A stretch of DNA of 63,999 nucleotides, filler included, from Stramenopiles sp. TOSAG23-2 (Eukaryota): NCBI GenBank assembly GCA_900128395.1. It is 3 parts of 3 records of this genome, joined end to end, with 100 filler letters (N's around TTAATTAATTAA, not from the genome) between each part and the next. Parts side by side here need not be neighbours in the genome. Positions count along the whole stretch, not along the records: positions 31,245 to 62,359 come from LT649376.1; 2 more parts are not named here. One strand, 5' to 3'. A program made the translations under genes and the position numbers. The notes beneath the pieces were generated by a model. The model saw only the letters and a program-made list of their open reading frames with translations, was not told the origin of the DNA and made no database searches. Position 1 is the stretch's first letter, and each line of letters begins with the position of its first letter. Below, in pieces: positions 34,095 to 46,900 of this stretch.

Positions 34095-35201
34095 ATGAAA
34101 AAAGAGGAAGCACTCAAATTAGTTGCGACTTCAATAAAAAAAACAAAAAATCAAAAAAATGGACAAAATCCAATTATCGGTATTGTTTCGATTAAAACGA
34201 TTGCAAGATTGTGGGCTGGTATGGGTTGTTGTAATGAAATAATTTATTATTTAAACAATAATGATCAAAAGAAAATGTCAATAGTATGTAAAGAAATATC
34301 AATGCCATCAGTTAGTGATGGTGAATTATGTTGTGGGGATGCACGAAAAAAAAATAGTTATATTGTGGAAAAAAACTTTTATGATAAGTTTGCTGCAATA
34401 TTGAGAAATAATAAAATAAATGTCCCTGAAGGACTTTATACAATTTCTACATCTACAAATTTATTTATTTGTATGTCTAAATTACAAGGTACAACGTTAA
34501 CTGGCTTGAATATAGAAGAAGCATCAAAGGCTGTGTGTTGGGCTGCAAAATTACATGCGTTTACATGGCAAAAAAAAGCAGAAACATTTGTTGAAACAAT
34601 AGGATTACAGAAAGAAGGAACTTATTGGTACTTAAGTACAAGAATGGAAGAACTTGAAAACATACAAAAAAATAAATCGTTTGAATCAAGGCTATTTTTG
34701 GCAGCACATGCTATTGATAAACGGTTGAAAAAAGATCCTTTCCAATCCATTGTTCATGGTGATTTCAAAGCAAATAATATGGTATGTGATGAAAATAATA
34801 ATCTAGGGATGTGTGATTTCCAATATTGTGGGAAAGGATGTTGTTTAAAAGACATTTGTTACATGATCGCTTGTTATTGCAATGATGATAATAATAATCA
34901 TGATCTGCATCATCATCATATGGAGGGGAAACTTTTTGAATTATATTATAATGAATTGAAAGTAAATCTTGATGCAAATACAGATTCAAGCGCAAAGATA
35001 CCATCATATAGTGAATTATTAAACACAGTTGATTTATGTTTTCTAGATTTATGTAGATGGATGGCAGGTTGGGGTTTTTGGGGGAATTCATTTTTAATAC
35101 CACGTGCAAAAATGATTTTAAATAAAATTGACAAGGGTAAAGTACTGAAGGATGCAGAAGAATATGTAACAGCAATTGATTTAACTTATCCATTATATTA
35201 G
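34095..35201 (+). CDS. Ecdysteroid kinase-like / APH-choline kinase family phosphotransferase
   Basis: E..FY, WAAKLHAFTW, Brenner motif HGDFKANN and CDFQYCGKG...D. Confidence 0.82.
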   Translation: MKKEEALKLVATSIKKTKNQKNGQNPIIGIVSIKTIARLWAGMGCCNEIIYYLNNNDQKKMSIVCKEISMPSVSDGELCCGDARKKNSYIVEKNFYDKFAAILRNNKINVPEGLYTISTSTNLFICMSKLQGTTLTGLNIEEASKAVCWAAKLHAFTWQKKAETFVETIGLQKEGTYWYLSTRMEELENIQKNKSFESRLFLAAHAIDKRLKKDPFQSIVHGDFKANNMVCDENNNLGMCDFQYCGKGCCLKDICYMIACYCNDDNNNHDLHHHHMEGKLFELYYNELKVNLDANTDSSAKIPSYSELLNTVDLCFLDLCRWMAGWGFWGNSFLIPRAKMILNKIDKGKVLKDAEEYVTAIDLTYPLY

Positions 35202-35633
35202 ATTTATAAATTTTGGCATACTTGCAATCTAAATCACAGAGTGAGGTTTAAATACTAAATACAGTACAGTACTGTGGGTATTATTTTCTAACATATTATC
35301 CTATTTGATTTTATAGTTATTATTATATATTATTAATTATTAATTATACCTTACCACTCTGTTTTTTTACAGCTTTTTTTACTACATGTGTATAATATAG
35401 TCACATCATCATCAACAACAAATTTGGGAGTTATTATACGCAGTGAAGTTTGGTTGCTTTGCCAATAGTTGTTTGGTTAAAATATTATTAATATTAATAT
35501 CTAATAATAAACTAAGTTTATAATATCAAACAAGAAACTTCCTAAGTTAACCAAACATTACTTTGCAAATATATACATACACACACGTGCATAATAATCC
35601 ATTCATAGTAAGGTATAAAACACCAACTTGGTT

Positions 35634-38600
35634 ATGGCATCAAATAAGGCCAATGAAGTTGCGAAACCGAAAGTTAATTTTAAAGTTGGTGACAACGTTG
35701 AAGCAACTATGGGTGAATATTGGAACAATGTGCATTATCCAGGAGTAATATCACGCATTGATAAAACAACTGATACTTGTTCGATTAATTTTGATGATGG
35801 AGAAAAACGTGATGCCATTATGCTAACGCATGTAAGACTTGTAAAGAAAAATCGTGCAGCAAAAAATAAAATTGAAATGCCAAAGAATCTGTCTATATTA
35901 AAAATAAATAAAAAGAAAGCTGCTTTAATAAAGGCGTTCAATTTTAAAGTTGGCGATAAGGTCGAAGCAACTATTGGAGTAAAGTGGGAACATAAATACA
36001 TTCCAGGTGTTATAACTTATATAAATAACGGTGATGCCACTTGCGCAATTGATTTTAATAATGGCGAATCTCACGAGGCAGTTGGTTTAGCAAACGTTAG
36101 ACAATGGTTCAAGAAGCACCAACGCCGTTTAACTTTAAAGTCAACGGAGGAACAAAAACAAATAATGATTGAAGCGCTAAAACAGCATAGTAGTAGAAAA
36201 AAACAAAGAAGACAGCGGAAATACACAGCATTTGAACTGTTGGAAGCGGCTGTTGTTGTTATTCAGGCATACATACGTGGTTATTATGCCAGGAAGTATT
36301 TAGTCAAACGTCAAAAAGCAGCAATATTGCTTTTGTATAGATATAGACGCTACAAAGCTAAAAAGGAATTAGCACGTAGAAAAAAATTAAAAAGTCTAGG
36401 TCCACGTGGTGGTATGTATTTAAATTTAAATAGAGCATGCAATAAACTTGTGTTATTTTTTCGTATGGTAAAAGCTAAAGGTGATGCGAAACGTAGAAAA
36501 AGGTGGATTGTAATAATGCAATCATTGATACGAAGATGGTCCACCAGGCAAATATTTCATAAATGTATATACGGATTTACCAAAATTCAAAGTTTACAAC
36601 GCAAAAAAGTAGATCAAACAATATATTTCATAAATAGAAATAAAATCATTAAATTGCAATCTAATATACGTGCATATGAAGCAACGATACAATATCAACG
36701 AAATAAATATTTGATGATAAAATTGCAAAACAATTTACGTCGTAGATATTTTAGAGAATTATATTCAAAAACACTTGGGGATGTAACACGTTTGCAATCT
36801 CATATGCGCAAACATATGCAAAGAAAACTTTACATGAAAACTATTCAATCATTTACAGCGTTTCAAGCAATTGTAAGGCAAAATTTAATAAAAAAGCAAT
36901 ATTTGCATAGTAGAAAATTAATAATTCTTTGCCAATCACTTTTAAGACGATTTAATTCACTCCAATGGTTTTGGCACCAACGGTATTTGGTCATTAAAAT
37001 ACAGGCATCATTAAAACGTAGACACTTTCAATATTTATACAACATGACTAGAAATAATTTCATTGCTCTTCAAGCATTGACTCGAAAATGGGTATATCAA
37101 AGAAAATATATTAAAACACGCCATGCTTTCCTTCGTTTACAATGTCTTGTCAGGCAATTTCTATCTAGAAAAATACTCCAAATAAAGAAAACAAATTATT
37201 TAAAACGTGTGTTAGCAGCAACCCAGATACAAGCAGTGCAGCGAGGAGGTACGACGCGGTATCAATTATGGTTAGAAAGTATTGAAACATTATGTAAACA
37301 AGCGGAGGAATTGTATAACCTTGGCCGTATAGAATCGGCGACAAAAATACAATCATATGCTAGAAGATATATTAAAAAAAAACAATTCAAGTACAAGCGA
37401 TATTTAATAACCAAAACCCAAAGTCATGCTAGACGTGCTTTTGCACGAACAAAAAGTAGGAAGAGACTCCAACGAATTAAACGGGTGCAAAGTTTTGCGC
37501 GAACATTCTTAATTAAACAGAAACTTAAACTATGGCATGGTAAAGTCATTATTATTCAAAGGAATTGGAGAAGATGGTCTTGCATGAACCACTTACATCA
37601 TGTACTTACAATATCGATGTTACACTTACATTCATTTGCACGTATGGCAATTCAACGATCGAGATATCTATATATTTTGAAGTGTGTAAGAAGAATTCAA
37701 AATTCTTATCGATTAAAAAAGTTCTGTGGTCTAGTAAAGCGTCTACGTCCCAATATAATTAAAACGCAAGCTGAGGTGCGTAGACATATATTCCGTAATA
37801 AATACATAAAAATGAAGCAATCTACCTTGATAATACAACGTTACATCCGCCGCTATTTATGTCAATTGGAACGGTTGTATTTAAAAAGTGGCGATTACGC
37901 AGTTGTAATACAAGCATTTTGGAGAGGTTCAAGACGCCGTTTGCGGATTTATCGTGGTGCTAGAGTAATATCAAGTGTCATTAGCCAAACTCGCTTGAGA
38001 CGTGTATTTAATAAAGAATATCAAATTTTGATGTTAGAAGCAATTGAAAAGCACCGTGTTGGAAAACTATTAAAAGGCCTTGGAGCGAATGATGGTCGTG
38101 AAATATCTGATGTCGGATTAAATTGTTTAATTGAAACTCGTTTAAAAAATACAAAAAAACAGAAATTTTTATCTAAATACGCACGCTTAATACATGCTGC
38201 AGTGCAAATACAACGAATCTTTCGTGGCCGTAAAACTCGATTAAAAGTCTTAAAAGAAACAAATATTTTAATCCGCGCCATTGGTGTAACTAATAAATGG
38301 AGAAGGAAGGAGCACGAACGCCGAGAATGGATGTTGGAAAAAATGGCGTTAGATGAAGAAAATTTACATAATCATGATGTATTAACTATTTCAGCTAGTA
38401 TGATCAACAGTTTGCTTCAATCGCACAATATAAATACAAATAGCAAGAGAAATAATTATGATGAAACAAAACAAAAATATGTAGATGAGAGTGATATTAT
38501 AGAAAGTAAAACGGAAATACATTCAGAAGAAAAAAGTGATAGTGGTAGATTGGCAATGGAAGATTTATCTATAACAAGACGATTAAAAACTTCTTCTCCC

Positions 38601-39380
38601 TCGAAATCTGCAATTGAACGCCAACGAATGAAACGAAAGAAGAAACGATGGATTGAAAACAAATTTAAACCATATTTGCCATCCCAAAGCCGATTGGTAG
38701 ATCTTCATCCAAAATATGAAGATGTCAATTCTGTCTATACTAGATTATCGACGCACAGTTTGCATTTGCTGCATAAAACAAAAGTGGAAGAGCGTCAATT
38801 GAAAGAGAAGAAAGAAATCTGCAGTCGAAAAATACAACACGTTGCTCGAACATATCTTCGAATGCTTCATAAAGTAAAGGAACGAGCGAATAAGACATAC
38901 GGCGACAATGAAATTGCTCAACGGGGAGTTGTACTTCTACAAGCAAGAAGACGTGCAATACGCGAAAGAATTAGATACAAAAAAAAACAGGAAAATAGGA
39001 AAACATTTCTAAAATGGGAGAAAAAATACAATTTAGTGGAGAACACAAAGAAACGTTTGCGTGGAATTACGAAATTACAAGCTGTCATTCGAGGAAGAAT
39101 TGTAAGAAACTATTTTTTGAGAAAACATGAGAAAGAGGTGAGAGAAAATGCAATTAAATCGTTTCGTGAATCACAAGAAGAAATACAGAAAGATCGAATA
39201 TCAAAAAAAGAAAAAGACGCAGCAGAAAAAGCTAAAAAAGCCGAAATTTCAAAGTTAAGGATTATGAGTGAGGAAATATTTGCTGAGATACAATTCCAAT
39301 TACTAGAAATGAAAAACTATGACAGCAGCAGTTGTAATTTTAGAAGTGAGAATAATAGCAGCAGCGATAGTAATAAATAG
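35634..39380 (+). CDS. Tandem Tudor-like domains plus long IQ calmodulin-binding repeat array
   Basis: Two FKVGD.VEA...W...PGVI......C.I.F..GE repeats followed by many IQxxxRxxxxR motifs. First ATG is at 35634. Confidence 0.8.
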   Translation: MASNKANEVAKPKVNFKVGDNVEATMGEYWNNVHYPGVISRIDKTTDTCSINFDDGEKRDAIMLTHVRLVKKNRAAKNKIEMPKNLSILKINKKKAALIKAFNFKVGDKVEATIGVKWEHKYIPGVITYINNGDATCAIDFNNGESHEAVGLANVRQWFKKHQRRLTLKSTEEQKQIMIEALKQHSSRKKQRRQRKYTAFELLEAAVVVIQAYIRGYYARKYLVKRQKAAILLLYRYRRYKAKKELARRKKLKSLGPRGGMYLNLNRACNKLVLFFRMVKAKGDAKRRKRWIVIMQSLIRRWSTRQIFHKCIYGFTKIQSLQRKKVDQTIYFINRNKIIKLQSNIRAYEATIQYQRNKYLMIKLQNNLRRRYFRELYSKTLGDVTRLQSHMRKHMQRKLYMKTIQSFTAFQAIVRQNLIKKQYLHSRKLIILCQSLLRRFNSLQWFWHQRYLVIKIQASLKRRHFQYLYNMTRNNFIALQALTRKWVYQRKYIKTRHAFLRLQCLVRQFLSRKILQIKKTNYLKRVLAATQIQAVQRGGTTRYQLWLESIETLCKQAEELYNLGRIESATKIQSYARRYIKKKQFKYKRYLITKTQSHARRAFARTKSRKRLQRIKRVQSFARTFLIKQKLKLWHGKVIIIQRNWRRWSCMNHLHHVLTISMLHLHSFARMAIQRSRYLYILKCVRRIQNSYRLKKFCGLVKRLRPNIIKTQAEVRRHIFRNKYIKMKQSTLIIQRYIRRYLCQLERLYLKSGDYAVVIQAFWRGSRRRLRIYRGARVISSVISQTRLRRVFNKEYQILMLEAIEKHRVGKLLKGLGANDGREISDVGLNCLIETRLKNTKKQKFLSKYARLIHAAVQIQRIFRGRKTRLKVLKETNILIRAIGVTNKWRRKEHERREWMLEKMALDEENLHNHDVLTISASMINSLLQSHNINTNSKRNNYDETKQKYVDESDIIESKTEIHSEEKSDSGRLAMEDLSITRRLKTSSPSKSAIERQRMKRKKKRWIENKFKPYLPSQSRLVDLHPKYEDVNSVYTRLSTHSLHLLHKTKVEERQLKEKKEICSRKIQHVARTYLRMLHKVKERANKTYGDNEIAQRGVVLLQARRRAIRERIRYKKKQENRKTFLKWEKKYNLVENTKKRLRGITKLQAVIRGRIVRNYFLRKHEKEVRENAIKSFRESQEEIQKDRISKKEKDAAEKAKKAEISKLRIMSEEIFAEIQFQLLEMKNYDSSSCNFRSENNSSSDSNK

Positions 39381-39478
39381 TGAGAGAGTAATATGCATAG
39401 CAGCAGCAGCAGCGATAGTAATTAGTAGTGACAACACTGAGAAAGTAGATCCACTAGATATCTAGACATCTTTACCTT

Positions 39479-40477
39479 TTACACCTTTATCGCATCTTCA
39501 CCTTTTACACCTTTATCGCCTTTGTCACCTTTCTCCCCTTGTGGACCTCTTATGGATTCACCGTTTTTACCGTTTTTACCACGAGGTGCTACAAATTCTA
39601 TCCAATGGCCATTTAAATCATCTTTAGGCTGTTTCAAAGCAGTAAACCCCGTTTCAGCAATAAACATAGATTTGCCCCTTGAATCTGTACCTGTTGTTAT
39701 GACATAATCACCTTTGACAAAATCTTTTCTTAGTGCAAATGTTTTAAATGTAAAACCCACACCTGCTGGACCCTCTCTACCTTTTGGACCCGGCACTGCT
39801 CGCCCATGTTGACCTTTTTCTCCTCTTAAACCTCTATCACCTTGTGGACCTGCTGGGCCTTCAACACCTCTATTACCTTGTGGACCGGCTGGGCCTTCAG
39901 AACCACTATCACCTTGTAAACCTCTATCACCTTGTAAACCTCTTGGTCCCTTGTCACCTTTTATTGCAATTCCTGGAGGACCTTGTGCCCCTGTCGCGCC
40001 TCTCATTTTTTTTGTATGGTATAGATTTTCCAATATGTTTCTTTTAAAAGTTTTCATATCTGCTTTAAAATCTGCAAATGCCTGTTCTGTTTTTACTAAC
40101 TCCGCCGCTACCATTTCCACGTCTGCAATATCTTGCAAACCGACAATATCGATACCATTTAACTGTTTTTGGCTGCAATATAATTTTGGCCCTGTTATAT
40201 GAACAGCAAAACGAACTTTTTCGTTATACAGAGTAGCTTTACATCCTTGTGGTATATCAATCGCCATTGCCCCAAAATTTTTAACACTTTCAAATCCAGC
40301 ATTTTTTCTTTTACTAATAGCAGCAACAACGTTCAAACTTCCACATTCCCTATAAAGTTTTGCTTCACCAAGACATAAATCATGATCTAAGTTGACTGCT
40401 CTTGGAGATACATCAATTGATACTGCCGGTTTAATTAATGCTAATATAGCAACTAATATGATAAACTTTGCCAGCAT
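39479..40477 (-). CDS. Secreted collagen triple-helix repeat protein, possibly C-terminally truncated
   Basis: Hydrophobic signal peptide and Gly-X-Y runs interrupted by a small globular module. It ends within a 26-bp tandem duplication that shifts the frame. Confidence 0.78.
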   Translation of the reverse strand: MLAKFIILVAILALIKPAVSIDVSPRAVNLDHDLCLGEAKLYRECGSLNVVAAISKRKNAGFESVKNFGAMAIDIPQGCKATLYNEKVRFAVHITGPKLYCSQKQLNGIDIVGLQDIADVEMVAAELVKTEQAFADFKADMKTFKRNILENLYHTKKMRGATGAQGPPGIAIKGDKGPRGLQGDRGLQGDSGSEGPAGPQGNRGVEGPAGPQGDRGLRGEKGQHGRAVPGPKGREGPAGVGFTFKTFALRKDFVKGDYVITTGTDSRGKSMFIAETGFTALKQPKDDLNGHWIEFVAPRGKNGKNGESIRGPQGEKGDKGDKGVKGEDAIKV

Positions 40478-40954
40478 TTTTACAGAATATGATATATATA
40501 ATTGCCGTCAATTCAATATTATCTATATGAATATGAAATATCTTGAAAAGATGATATAGTGTAGTTGGCAATTTGTATGTGTATTAAACTTGTATATATA
40601 ATGTGTAAATATATACAGTATAATACAAATTAAGAACCATTTTTGATACTGTGTTCATAGTATTATTAATTATTAGTTTTAAAAGTTTTTCTGCTGCCAG
40701 TCTGCTCCAGGCATTAACAATCTAAATCCCCCTCTTTTTTTGGTTTTCTCCTATTTCTTCCTGTGCGAAAAAGTGGTCAGCTGGTTTGCCATTGCACGCG
40801 TTTTTGGAACTCTGTATTTTTGGTTTTTAGAATACAAATTATATACTAAATATATTTACCTATATATATAAAGTCCTCTCTCAGATAAACGGGGTCATAT
40901 ATGATAAAAAGTTTTATGCATTAAAAAATTTAAATAACCACTCTGCTGTACACA

Positions 40955-43900
40955 TCACCTCCTTGAGTTTTTTTTCTTCGTTCTTACTTTTCTCCGATTT
41001 TTTATTTTTTTGCTGGTCCCCATTTGGAACCCCGTCTGTCCGTTACCAATCGACGGCGATGGTGTAGGCCCTGCACCAAAAGTACCACCGTTAAATGATG
41101 TACTCGACTGCTGCCCGCCAAATCCCGTAGATGTTTGCCCCCCACCAAAGCCGCCGCCGCCACCACCAAAGCCACCACCACCAAAGCCACCGCCACTAAA
41201 TCCAGGTGTATTACTTGTTGATGCTTGTGTTCCACCCCCCCCAAATGTATTTGTCGAACCTGTTGGTTGTCCAAATGCACCCATTGACTGTGCCAAAGCC
41301 ACCGCCACCAAATACAGGTGCATTACTTGTTGATGCTTGTGTTCCACCCCCCCCAAATGTATTTGTCGAACCGGTTTGTTGCCCAAATGCACCTGTTCCA
41401 CCCACCCCAAATGTATTTGTCGAACCGGTTTGTTGCCCAAATCCACCTGTTGACTGAGTATTACCACCAACACCACCAAATAAAGCACTAGTTGTTGGTT
41501 GTGGTGTAGGAACTGCAGATGCCGAAGACGTTGCTTGTCCAAATATCATATTACCACCAGCAGCAGGTTTTGTGGCACTTGGTTGCGATGTCATTCGTTG
41601 TTTAATTAAGTCCGTCTTGCTCAATGGCTGGTTTTGACCACCACTAGTAGTAGTGCCACTGCCAAATTGAAATGCGCCACCAGCCTTTGTCGCCTTAGGT
41701 GGTTTTGCCATTCGTTCTTGGATTTTACTAAGTTTCGTTGTATCCCCGGTTTTGCTTGTTGTGCTACCACCAAAACTGAACATTCCGCCACCCCCACTAC
41801 TACCAGTTTTTGCACTTGTATCCGTGGTATTACTTGTGGAATTAGCAACAAAGTTAAACATACCACCATTTCCATCAGTTTTCGCCGTTGTATCTGCCAC
41901 CTTATTTGTTGTGCTGCCACCGCCAACACCACCAGCGAAATTAAACATACCACTAGTATTTTTCACTGCTGTATCCATTTTACTAGTAGTTACTTTAGAT
42001 GTATTATTGGACGTACTACCACCACCAAACGTGAAACCTGAAGTAGCTGCTTTTGGTTTATCATCTGATTTATCACTACTGCCACTAAATTTAAAACTTG
42101 TAGTAGTTGCTTTCGGTTTATCATCCATCGCTGTGCTTGGTGCACTGTTCCCAAATTGAAAACCTGTAGTCGCGGCTTTCGTTTTATCATCTGTTGTTTT
42201 ACTTGTCGCACCACTGCCACCACCACCACCAAAGCTGAACATACCGCCGCTGCCACTTTTGGCTTCGGTTTTGCTACTTGCTGTTGTTGTTGTTTTTGGT
42301 GTATCCTCCGAACTACCGCCAAACGTAAACCCGGTTGTTGATGCTTTAGGTTTATCATCCGTTGTCGTGCTTGTTGAGCCGCCACCAAAGCTAAATATGT
42401 TACTGGCACCGCTTTTTGGTGCTGTATCAGCTTTAGTAGCAGTAGCCGTCGTATTAGGTTTATCCTCTGTTTTGCCACTGCTACCACCAAATGTAAAACC
42501 AGTCGTTGGTGCTTTTGCTTTATCATTCGAGGTATCCTTACCCCCTCCAAATGTAAATCCGGTACTTGAAGCTTTAGGTTTATCATCCGATTTACTACTG
42601 TCACCACCAAATGTAAATCCAGTTGTTGAAGCTTTAGGCTTGTCATCCGATTTACTACTGTCACCACCAAATGTAAATCCAGTAGTTGAAGCTTTAGGCT
42701 TATCATCTGTTGATGTGCTTGTTGATCCTCCACCAAAAGTAAACGTACCGCCACTTTTTGCTCCTGAGCTAACTTCTCCTTTCGTTGTAGCAGCAGTCGT
42801 TTTGCTGCTACTTCCACCAAAAGTAAATCCACCAGTAGACCCCGTCGTTTCACTTTTTTTCTCTGGTTTAACGATTGCAACGACTTTTTTTACAGAAGAT
42901 GTTGATGTAGGAGATGGTTTTGGAGCTTTACCAAATTTTAATTTAATACTGGTGCTAGCACTACCTTTACTATCGCCCCCAATGCTAGTGTTTGCATTCG
43001 TCGTTGCTGACAATGAGCTGCCAAAACTAAAGCCACTCGAGCTTATATTTGGTTTCTTGAAGGTGTTATTATTACTACTAACCGGTGCATCCGCTCTTGG
43101 TGTTTCACAAGATACGCATTTTATTGCACTTTTTTCATTTAATACGCTGCATGCTTTACAGATCCATTGACCTGGTTTAGGCATAAATTTTGCAAATGGA
43201 TTTGCGCCTGCAATGGTGTTCGCTATGACTGCCGACACCAATGGCCCAGAACTTATTGGCTTTCCACTACTATTAGCGAAGGATGAATTTGATGTTGAAG
43301 ATTTCTTAGCTTTCTTCGTTGATGATTTATATTTACTAAATTCTATACTATCATCTTCCTCTTCATCCAAATCAACTGGGTATGCACTATCGAAATCATC
43401 ATCCTCTGGGTCGGAAAAGGAAAATGCATGATTATTCCCATATTGCTTTACTTCCTCAATAACACTCCGTACTTTATTTCTATCAATTGCATTTTTAGGT
43501 GGCGGGGAAAAAATAAATTTATGAGGAACTTCATTTTCATCATTCATTCGCATAGTTAAATTGCTATTCAAAGTCTTTTTACTACCACTATTACTACTAC
43601 TATTGTTATAATTAGTTTTGCTTCCAGCGGTGCCATTTAATACACTTGTAATATTTGGTTTTTTGTAATTTGAAAAAACGGATACAGGTGGTAACATAGC
43701 ACGATCATTACTATTATTATCGATCATTGTGTGGCTACTATTTGATAACGCAGACAGCGATTTCAATGGATTTTTTTTTACAGATTTTTTCTTTGACATT
43801 GACAATTTTAAATCAGGAGATACACCAACTTCACCAAAAATTCTACTTGGGCTAGTTGCTAAAGCGTATGGATTTCCACCATTACTATCATTAGAACCTT

Positions 43901-46900
43901 CAGCCAACGCGCGTGCATGTGCACTTTGTACATTTCTCGATGTGAGACGCGAAGATGAGGACCCAACAAATGTCCTACGAGCATCGCTCAATGGGGTGGA
44001 CATTTGTTCCAGCGTATCCAATATTCTTTTTGCGACATCCGTCGTAGCTATCGGAGTTGATTTGTTTAAAATTCGCCCATTGTGGTTCCCTGGTGCTACT
44101 GCAGCATTTCCTAATTGCCGTGTACGCGGCTTTGAGCGAGGCCTGGCATATCCACCAGTGTAGCTAGACGAATATGTATTACGGGATGCAGAGGAATACA
44201 AACTTGAATATAGAGGTGATGCCAGGGGCAAACGGCCATAATTGCTGTATTGCGATGAGGACAGCCGCCTTTTTTTTAAAGATCGTACATCCATGCTATA
44301 TCCGCCCAAGTCTGAAACTTGCAAAGACTTGTTTTGCGACTCCCTTGCCATATCAATTGGCCGTGAACGTTTCGATGTGGACGATCGAATTGGCAGCAAC
44401 GCCCTTTGGTCACTATACATACCTCCTCTGGAACCAGACATAGGATAATTACCACCAAGCGATGCACGTCTTGAATAGCGATCTCGTGGCGTAACGGATC
44501 CGTAAGGTGATTGCCTTGGTCTCCTATCATAGACACTTTGCGGAGGAGGCAAATATGAACGTGCTTCAAAACCAGCACTTGCTGGTGGGTATACAGCAAG
44601 TTGGTCATTTCGATTTGATACTTGGAATGGTGCTACAAACGATGAAGCGGGTCCGTCATCTAAATCCGTAACTTCAATATTAGTTTGTCTTGCTACCACT
44701 GCTGTGCTCTTAGATCGACGATGTGATCCCATCAATGTTTTTACTACATCAATGGCATTTCCCTTTCCCTGTTTTCGAGGCTGTGGTTTAATTAATTGGC
44801 CATTGCTACCCTTATTGTCATTTTCTATTGCAGAACTACTTCTTACTGGCTCTGGTTTTACCAACCGATCAGTACTACTGCTAACATTAACACTGCTATT
44901 ACTTTTACTCTCCACAAGAGACTCAATCTCCTGTTTCACGTGTTCAGGTGGTAATGGCGGATCGGGTTGCTGTTGATTTAATGATTGATCGCCAGACATT
45001 GCCAATTTTAATCTTTCTTTCAAGTCTTCATCGTCTAATCGGTCTAACACATTTTTGAATTCATCTTGATTAATTTTTCCACTCGCCTTTAGCACATCTT
45101 GCATTTCTTCTTCGTCGTCGTCATCATCCTCCTCCACAACCACCACCTCCTCCTCGTTGTAGTTGTTGCTGTTACCTCCCTCTTGCTTATTACCATCCAT
45201 ATTTCCTCCATCAAATGATACACCTTCCGTTGCGAGTTCTAAGTATTCCCGTCCTACTTGTTCTTCTGTCATTTCAATGTGTGCCGCACCATCAATTTCC
45301 ATATTATTTAATTCATCATCATCTGAGAGAACGATCGGGTTTGTTTTAGAATTATCAGCTTTTGGTTCAGATTGATGACGGCGCTTTTTTCTTACATGTA
45401 ATTGTAATTCCTCATCTGAATCTTCTTCCTCTTCTTCCTCTTCTTCCTCATCAACAATTATTAAATTGTTACTACTATTATTATTCAACGGTTGATCCTG
45501 TTCATTTTCCACCTCCACCTCCATTTCCGAGTTCTTTTCAACATTTGCATCCTCCTTTTCCTCCAATGCTTTCGATTTTCGCTTCCTTTTTCGTGCTGGG
45601 CTTTGTTTTGGTGATTTGACCTTTTTGAGGGGTGCTGTGTTTCTTCTACTGCTCCTTCTAGAACTACTGGTTGTTACTTTCGCTTTGGATTTATTTACAG
45701 CTACTTTTTTCCTTTGCGAACGTTTTGAAGATTTTTTAACAACTTCCTTCTCCACATCCATCTTTTCACTTCTCCCTACTTTTTTTTGTGATACTCCACG
45801 CTGTTTTGCTTTGGCCTTTGGTTGTGCATTTGTTTTCTCTTTTTTCTTAGGGTTTGTTTTTTCTTCCCTATCATCGTCACTTTTTCCATTTAATATATTA
45901 TTTGATAGATCTTTTTTTGTACCTTTATCACTAACTCCATATTTCCTAGCCAATTGAATTAATTCCGCTTTCTTTTTTCTCATTAATATCGTATATGTGA
46001 AATTTTCTTGCTCTGCTTCTGCTTCTTCGTTTGATTCATCCATTTCCTGAACAACTATCTTTTTTGTCGACTTAGCTTTTGGTTTCTTTTTTGCTTTTGC
46101 TGGCGGTTTCTTCTTTTCTTTCGTCGCTGCTTTTGGCCTTCCTCTACCTCTTTTTGTTGTTTTAGTTGGAGCAACTTTTTTCTTTGGTACTGGCGATTTT
46201 GATTTTTTCTCAGCATTTGCGCTTCTACTTGCTCTTCTGGAAGCTCTTGTTGATCTCGTCTCTTTTGCTGGCACTACTTCTTCCTTTGATTTTGAACGAC
46301 TAGAACGCCTTCCAGCTTTTTTCTTTGGAGATTCTACCTTTTCTTCTTCCACTACATCATCCTCCACCTTTGTTTTCTTACTTGTTTTATTTGTATTTGT
46401 ACGTCGAGTACTCCTCCTAGTTGTGGTTGTAGTTTTCGTATTCGATTTCGATTTCTTTGTTCTTGCAACTAGTGGCGATTCAATTTTCTCAACTTCTTCT
46501 TTCATCTTTCCAGATGTTTTTTTGCCATTTTTTTTGCTAACGTGACTACTACTGCTGCTGCTGCTGCTATTACTACTTTTACTTTTACTTGGGGTTGCAT
46601 TAGCATATGGATCTGAATGATGTATTTGAATTACAGCTGCTATTAACATTTCTTTTAAAACATCTTTTCTACCTTCTTGTGGTAAACCAAGTGTTTTTAA
46701 ACCTGCTTTTATTCTTGAAAGTTTCATATTTTTAATATAACAGCCTTGGTATTTCAATTTACTTACATCTACTGGTTCCAATTTCACTTTTTGATCTTGC
46801 TGTTGTTGTGATGTCGTAGTACTCGACGTTGTCTTTAAACGAAGACCTATACCAGCACCAGTATCACCTTCACTAGGTGCTTCTTCAAAGCTAATTGTGT

